This document shows, piece after piece, positions 56,251 through 64,000 of a stretch of DNA of 64,000 bases (its first letter is position 1; each line of letters starts with the position of its first letter). Position numbers and translations under genes: made by a program. This stretch comes from Eledone cirrhosa (Eukaryota), in the NCBI GenBank assembly GCA_964016885.1, contig OZ024740.1:62930001-62994000 (forward strand). Direction: 5' to 3'. Under the pieces are notes generated by a model that did not search any database, was not told the DNA's origin, and saw nothing but the letters and a program-made list of their open reading frames with translations.

Positions 56251-58993
56251 TATTGTAAAGTACGTGTGTCATTTTTGTGTGAATTTATTTTATATGTATG
56301 TGTGTATATATATATATATATTACGCGTAGGTATGTATTTGTATGTATGTATATTTATATATATGTATGCATATGCATGTCACTATTTCCTTGTCCTTTA
56401 TCTTGGTTTCATTACCGTTAAGATTCGAAAAATCCTAACAGTAAATGAAAGCTTGAACCAAAATATGGATATTCACAAAACCTATTCTCCAAAATAATGG
56501 AGGTTAAAAGAGTTAAGGTCAGTTTCAGATAGTTTTTTGTTATGGTATCACGCTGGGATTGCCTGCTGATATAACCGGAGGTTTAGGGAGGGAAAATGGT
56601 AACTGTCCTGCCTCTCTTTTTGAACAAGGCCTCTTTAAAAGGGGATCTTCATTGCTACTTTTTAAAAACATGGCCTCTATTGTTAGTAATGGGTCAGTTC
56701 TTGAATATTAATTTTACCTTTTAGTCCAGAAATATGCAAGTAGGTTAATAAAATTTTGCCATTACGATTCTCACGAATCTGATATTTCGTTTTGACATCA
56801 CAACTATTAGACCTATCCACCGCAATAGCGGCCTGGGCGATAAACATTATGCGTACTAACAAAACTTTTGCATGGTTATTTTATGCATTAACTTGACAAC
56901 AATGTCAATAATTGTATGAAAGACAAAATATTCTATTTAAAATCAATACACAAATAAAATATTCCTCTAGCACTAGTTTCACAAATTGAATTGTTAAACA
57001 AATTGAGTGGGCTGTATCTTGAAGTATGTTTCCATAATATAATTATGGCACTTAGAAATTTTGCTCTCTACAAGTTACTGAGGCATTTCAATATTTAGCT
57101 TGTATTAAGAATAATATGGTTCCATCAACGTACCAAGAAAACTTATCGAATTTGGAGGTTCCATAAGTCGAATTATCTCCTCCACATAGACTCTGCAAAT
57201 GATCGAGGTTGACTTTGCCTTTCATCCTTACGGCCTTGTGCCTAAAATAGAAACAATTATTAGTTATGTTGTATAAAGGTAAGATACACTAATACAAAAG
57301 AACGTCAGCGAAGCTAAATGCTATTCTTTATATATTTTATTGTCTTCAGTTCGCCCTCGTAAGAATGATAAATTAAGTCAGTGTTAACACATTTAATGCA
57401 ATGAATCGAATAAAAGACGATTATAAACTGATAGTACGGTAATATTAGTCAATTACTATTATTAATTAAATACGGAAGAAGACTCTAGGCATGTTTTGGT
57501 TTTATCATTTTGTAAGAATCGGTTTTATTCGATATAGTTGTACAGAATTTATCGTACAGAAGCTGGCATGAAAGTTGTCATCTTAGTGAATGAATTATGC
57601 AGATGAATAAAAAAAAAACACTAGTAAAATGAATGACTTCTTCTTTTGCTTAAGTAAAAGGCCCATTGTCCATTGTCAATCTTTGGTATCGGTGGAGTGG
57701 AGCTTCAGAATATTCTGGGTGAGTAATCTAATTCGCAGTAATTCCAAGGTGGAGTTTTGGAATAATTTTCTTCTAAATCTGAAGGTGCATCATTGAAAAG
57801 TAGAAGTTAGTGCCATCCATTGACTCCCCTTGGCGATGGACCCGGTACTATGCCAGTATAACATATATCACACATTGGCATCCCATTGATGCATTAATAG
57901 GTTTTACATTAGTCTCTAGAAGCTCTCTACTTTTGGAAGACTTGTAAATGTCATGAACCTTCCTCTCCTAGCCCATTTGTAAAATCGTATTGCCTTCATT
58001 GGTTCTCGTATGTGCGTTGCATACGATAGAGACGGCGGAAAACATCACCGTTGACGCATTTAAATAATTGTACACGTTCAACTATTCTTTAGTATGAGTA
58101 AAATAGTCGGCGAATTGGCAGAGTCGTTGGAACGTTGGATAGAATGCTTTGCAGTATTCGTTCTGATTCTTTGCATTCTAAGTTCAAACCCCACCGAGGT
58201 CAACTTTGCTTCTCAACCTTTCGAGGTTGAAAAAAAAAAGTATCAGTCCAGTGCTGGGGTGGATTCTTCCCTCTCTCTTCTTCTGTGGAAGAATCGGTTG
58301 TATTCAGTTCTGGAGAAGGGAAGGGTTCCATTTTAAAAATGACCAATGTTACTACGTCGCTCCCTCGACTCAATCAGGTGTTACGGCTCCATGCACTATG
58401 AGTAAAACAATTCTGTAAATTCCTTTGAAAGTGTTTTTATATTGCTTCCATTTTCTAAGTTTCTTTGACATTTCCCTGAAATGTTGCTTGCAAAAAAAAA
58501 AAAAAAAAAAAAAACCTGTATTCATTTATTTTTTAAAACCTGTATCGGATTTTAACAATAACATCCTTGATTACAGCGCAGTTGTCACCGGTTCACTGTA
58601 TTTATGAAAACAAGAGTGGTATTGGAGTACCTGTGTAATTTGGGACTAAACAATTACTACGCAAGATATTTTGTTGGCGGAGGCTCTGGTTTACCAGTTT
58701 TCTCCCCGATATACATCGATATTCATGAGTGCACTCCAAATATTCACTGATAGAAAGATTCAATATTTGATATAAAGTTAAATTTATATATATTCGATTA
58801 CCAGGGAATTTTCCACTTATTCACGCAGTATTGCAAATAGATATTTTGTAAATATTTATATATGGAAACCTTTTTCTCGTAAAAGACGGGCATGTGAATG
58901 TATGCATGTGAGAAGATAATAGTGATATTGGTCAATACATGCTTGTTTTGTACTGGAGTTATTAATGGTGACTTAAATATTAAGTATATTTTA

Positions 58994-59133
58994 ATAATTG
59001 TTTCTACTTTTGGCACAAGGCCAGCAATTATACAATGCATTACTGGTACTTTATTTTATCGACCCCGTAAGGCAAAGTTAACCTCGGCGGGATTTGAACT
59101 CAGAATGGCAAGGGCCGTAACTCTATGCTGCAA
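58994..59133 (-). mobile_element. SINE family A
   Basis: Family core; further copies at ~20657, ~57205, ~58106-58261 (+), ~61137-61324 (-) and ~62385-62510 (-). Confidence 0.8.
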
Positions 59134-59466
59134 TGATAGTAATTTATCTATTTATTTATCTTCTCGCTCTCATTCTCTGGTCATTAACAATGTATTCTAT
59201 TACGTATTATGCATCATCATCGTCATCATCGCTCTCAATATATTTCTCTTTCTTAATTTCTCTCTTTCTTACTCTCACTCTCCCTCTTTCTTTCTCTCTC
59301 TCTCTCCTCATCCTAGCCCCCTCGGCACAACAATAGAGTGTTTATGGGGAACGGGAAAAGAGAATTTGTACGTAAAGTAGTAAGAGAGGGAAAAGTTATA
59401 TAATAATGATTTCTTTTCTCTATCTCACTATCTCGTGATAGTGAGATAGAGATAAGAAATCATTGT

Positions 59467-59589
59467 CTGAGTTCAAGTCCCGCTGAGGTTAACTTTGCTT
59501 TTCATCCTTACGGGGGTCAATAAAATAAAGTACCAGTAATGCACTGGGGTAATTGCTAGCCTTGTGCCAAAAAGTAGAAACAATTATTA
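59467..59589 (+). mobile_element. SINE family A, 3' part
   Basis: gagttcaagtccc...catccttacgggggtcaataaaataaagtaccag. Confidence 0.8.
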
Positions 59590-60580
59590 TATAACCTTTT
59601 GAATAAATACCATTTTCTAGAATTAGAACAAAAGATATGAATGATTTGTTTTATTGCTTCAACCTATATCTTCAACGCGTAGCTTAGTAGTTAGGGTGTT
59701 GGGCTCACAATCAAAAGATTGTGGGCTTGATTTCCGACCACGACTCTTCATCTTTTTTAATGTTACATCAGTTCACTCAAAAGAGAATGGAGTGCTATCA
59801 GCAGCTGTGTGTTAGCTCAGCGACGGAATGGTGTTCCGTCCAGTGACAGGTAGCGGGGTTGTACTCTCACTGGCTTAACGTCAAGTAAACCGGGATATGC
59901 TCTGGATTTCGCCCAACTCGTGCAAACATAAAAAAACAGGCGTTAGACGATACCTCAAACTATATATTTACTATACTTTTCTATTATATTTTATGATTAC
60001 AAATAAATTATTGATTTTCTGTAATTAAACATAATTTATATTTCTTCCTTGGTTACCATTTTAAACACGTGGAAATGAATAATCATGAAAGTGTCGATAT
60101 TCTTCTTCTTCTTCTTCTTCTTCTTCTTCTTCTTCTTCTTCTTCTTCTTCTTCTTCTTCTTCTTCTTCTTCTTCGCTAAAACCTGTGTAGCGATTCTTTC
60201 CTGAGACAATTAAATAATATTCTTGGAATGTGGAATGTAATGGCTTCTGTTTGTTTTAATGATGTATGTTCTTGTTGTTCTCTCAACGGAACAGCATACT
60301 TGGGAGTTAAGGCATAAGTGACTGGGCATTGTATAGATAATCTAATTTTCAGGGAGATTCAGTATGACAGTGTGTGACAAGATTGGACATTTGAATTGCA
60401 TGTACTTTACATCAGCCGGGTTTCTAAATAGTTTCCGTCTACCCAATTCCACATACGACAGGGATCGACCCGAGGCTATGGTAAATAACACTTGCCCAGT
60501 GTGATCGAGTTCAGGACCTAATTGTCGCGAAACGAACGTCTTAATAATTCTGTCATGCTGCATCCACAGTTTATATACAT

Positions 60581-60830
60581 GTACCTGTCGCTCTCCGACA
60601 GCTTTGTGGTCGTGCCCTTGGCAGTGGAGACTTCTTGTGTCCTTGGCCCTAGGGCTACTTCCCTACTCACCACCATAGGCGCTGAGCTGGCCAGCCACAA
60701 GTGTGAGCCTCGCGAGATGGAATGGCTCTTCTAGCGCATCTCCCTTACCATTCTCCGGGGAAACGCCTTCTCCATTCTGTCCACCGGGGCTGTGGGGCGG
60801 CCAGCACGTGGGACCCCATTTACTCACTAT
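60581..60830 (+). mobile_element. CRE-like RLE 3' fragment
   Basis: Closely similar to the reverse complement of 4957-5207 (VVPLAVETS..CEPREMEWLF). Confidence 0.8.
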
Positions 60831-61585
60831 GCAAAGAGATGAGGAGGACGAGAGAGATGGGGGCGATGGTGGTGGGAGTTCGACTTTTCCGTGTTCCGAC
60901 ACATTGCACCTATCAAGAGTGTATATTAATGTAGTACACCAATAAACATCTTATCGGTACAGTATATGGATGGGATATATTAGTTTAACGCTTGAAATAG
61001 CAGGAAGAGGGTGATGCTAGTCGTGTTTATGCATTGTTGACTATCTTAAAATATTTCATATTTGTCTGTTTTGGTTTATCATAAAAATTGCCTGATACTG
61101 GTATATGTGTTTGATTTGGTAACACCCGGAATAAAGATAATGGTTTCTGATTTAGGCACAAGGCCCACAACATTTTTGTGGGTGGAAGGGATCGATTAAA
61201 TCGACCCCAGTGTGTTACTTGTGAAAGGCAAAGTTAACCTGGGCGGGTTTTGAATTCAGAACATAAAGGGAAGAAATTCTATGCCCCAAAACATAGTGTC
61301 CGACGCTCTCCCGATACTGCCAATAGTATTTTATTTATAATTTAAAATGTAATGTTCTTTGTTCTAAATATTTAATTTATGGGAAATTATCGATAGAACA
61401 GATCTTCGTAGATGTCTGGTCTGGAGTTTATCTTATATTCTTTTTTCTTGACTCCTAACTCGTGGTGGAGTCATGGGAGCTCTGTAGAGACATTATAAAC
61501 CTGGTGGAGTTCACTCAATTCTTCGGGTCTGAAGACAGCCGATTTCTTCTTCTTCTTCTTCTTCTTCTTCTCTCTCTCTCTCTTT

Positions 61586-61625
<40 letters not shown>

Positions 61626-62911
61626 GGGGGTTAGTGAGAAAGGGATATAGAGAATGAATCGACCGCAGCAAGCCATTAGTAAGTGTTTTTATCGACCTCG
61701 AAAATATAACAGAATTTGAACACTGAGTGCAGAGAGCCAGATCGCATACCACAAAGCCTTCTATCCGATGTCCTTATGCTCTGCCAATTCGCTGTCCTCT
61801 GAAGAAATATGAAAGGCTAAACCTACTTGTATGGGATTTGAACCTAGACCACATAGAAATGAAACTAAGTACAAGTGGGATGAAGGAGGAATGTATCCTC
61901 AGATTAGAGACTTAACCTAAATGTTTATAACAGAAGCAATAATATATAGTGCATCAACCGTTAGTCACAATCGAGTATGAGTTTGTAGTATGTAATATGC
62001 TTTCGCTATGGGTTAAAACACATAGCGAAAGCATATTACATACCCTTGCAGTCAGTGGCAGACACATACACACTCTCAACACTCTAGCTCTCGATCCAAG
62101 GAAACCACCTGGTTATGACAGCTGAAAAGATAAACAGAGCTGCGCTAGCATTTGGTTGGTACTTACTTTATCTCCTAACAAAATGATGAAAGTCAAAGTG
62201 GATCTCGGTGAGATTTTGAACAGAAAACGCACAGATCCGGAACGAATCGACAACCTTACAACAGAGTAGAGTCCGTGAAAGGTTTCCAGCGACAGCTGGA
62301 TTTGAACTCAGAAAGCAAGGAGTTGGAACAAATACCGTGAGACATCTTTTACAATGCTCAAACAACTCCCGTATTATACTGCCCTGAACTGGTAATTTAT
62401 CTTATCGACACATAGAGGATGAACGGCAATGTCGATATCGACGGGATTTGAATTCAAAACGTAGAGGAACAAATTACTGCAAGGCAATTTTGTCCGTGCT
62501 CTAACAATTTCTCGTTTTCAAGTTATCACAAGCACACACGCGGGTATACATATACGTAATTCTTATATACACATATAACAAGAGTAATTACGATTAACAG
62601 ACATTTATATGATACTGTCAAACTTTCTTTAAGATATAAATCATAATGAAAATATCATAAGAAGCACATCAACCACAAATATGACAGATGAAAATGCATT
62701 ATTCTAGTGTTTAAATTTCAGATATGAATCCGTTACTTATATTTAAATAACAGCCGTACTAAGAGTGGGAAATGAAATTTCGTTTCATTTTTTCCGTTTA
62801 TCGTTTTCGGTGCACCCGGCCGATTAACCCACTCGATATGCAAATTGGGCTACTCAGCCGTTAATATGCATAAGGTAAGTATATACGTTCAACAATCTGG
62901 CAGGAAGGTAT

Positions 62912-62954
62912 ACGTTGCTGACGATAGCTAATAAGCTTGAAACTAGTACAGCGT
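62912..62954 (+). ncRNA. Type I hammerhead ribozyme (unit 1)
   Basis: acgttg-CTGACGA-t-agct(aata)agct-t-GAAAC-ta-GTA-cagcgt; predicted cleavage after 62948. Confidence 0.85.
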
Positions 62955-63335
62955 TCCTTTGTCAGTGTTGAACAAACGAGCAACGATGGTTGCTAGACAC
63001 TACGGCTTAATACGGGATGTTTGTTTACAAACACACCGAGCATTATAATAAATGTTCGGTGAATCCATACGTACATATATATATGTGTGCATGTATGTAT
63101 ATATATATATATACATACTGCTGTACGTCTGTATACATATATGTATGTACGTGTACATACTTATATGTAAATATCAGCCGTACTAAGAGTGGGAAATTAA
63201 ATTTCGTTTCATTTTTTCCGTTTATCGTTTTCGGTGCACCCGGCCGATTAACCCACTCGATATGCAAATTGGGCTACTCAGCCGTTAATATGCATAAGGT
63301 AAGTATATACGTTCAACAATCTGGCAGGAAGGTAT

Positions 63336-63378
63336 ACGTTGCTGACGATAGCTAATAAGCTTGAAACTAGTACAGCGT
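63336..63378 (+). ncRNA. Type I hammerhead ribozyme (unit 2)
   Basis: Identical to unit 1; predicted cleavage after 63372. Confidence 0.85.
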
Positions 63379-64000
63379 TCCTTTGTCAGTGTTGAACAAA
63401 CGAGCAACGATGGTTGCTAGACACTACGGCTTAATACGGGATGTTTGTTTACAAACACACCGAGCATTATAATAAATGTTCGGTGAATCCATACGTACAT
63501 ATATATGTATGCATGTATGTAGATATATATACATACTACTGTACGTCTGTATACATATATGTATGTACGTGTACATACTTATATTTAAGTAACAGCCGTA
63601 CTAAGAGTGGCAAATGAAATTTCGTTTCATTTTTTCCGTTTATATATATATATATATTAATAAAAGGAATTCCAACTTTGTCTGATTTACTCGTTTTATT
63701 TACAATGCTTTAACATTTATAATAGTATTAGAACGAAATAGTATGGTAGAATATTAAATGTCAAGTGTTAATTGAACAAGTACTTTCATGCTTTCGCAAT
63801 CTTCAGGTTCACATTCTGTGGTGACAGTCAAGTTTGCAATTTTCAACTGTCAGTTGAAAATATATATATATATTCTAACATTCTATTGTACAGCAATTCG
63901 GGACAGATTTTCTCTAATAACCGATTTTTTCACTCACTTGTTAATTTGTGTTTGACTTGAAATATGTTGGTGAGTCCTTATGTAGGGGCCGAAGAATAGA

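Larger units (their letters stand above)
62735..63641 (+). mobile_element. Tandem non-coding repeat (~424-bp unit, ~2.1 copies) with one hammerhead per unit; retrozyme-like
   Basis: cagccgtactaagagtgg recurs at 62751, 63175 and 63593; units near-identical; array ends at (TA)n. Confidence 0.75.

Overview
AT-rich, intron-bearing animal DNA dominated by microsatellites and retroelements. The SINE families and the very high (TA)n/(CA)n/(TATG)n load suggest an octopod cephalopod (inference). Most ORF-track entries are microsatellite translations. Two host coding candidates are supported: a short PYA-motif ORF (6087-6632, +) with a CRE-containing upstream region, and a phase-consistent eight-exon minus-strand gene (42347-45166) that the ORF track misses. 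Mobile DNA includes a 5'-truncated but uninterrupted CR1-type LINE inside a (TA)n array, CRE-like, Tx1/L1 and RTE fragments, a non-autonomous Helitron, a Tc1/mariner remnant, tRNA-derived SINEs and many Penelope-like element (PLE) pieces. The most notable signal is RNA-level: more than a dozen type I hammerhead-ribozyme motifs from several unrelated families, nearly all on (TA)n-embedded PLE 3' ends that often form fold-backs. There is also a non-coding tandem of about 424 bp (62735-63641) with one intact hammerhead per unit, i.e. a retrozyme-like candidate. All RNA folds were read by eye, not computed.
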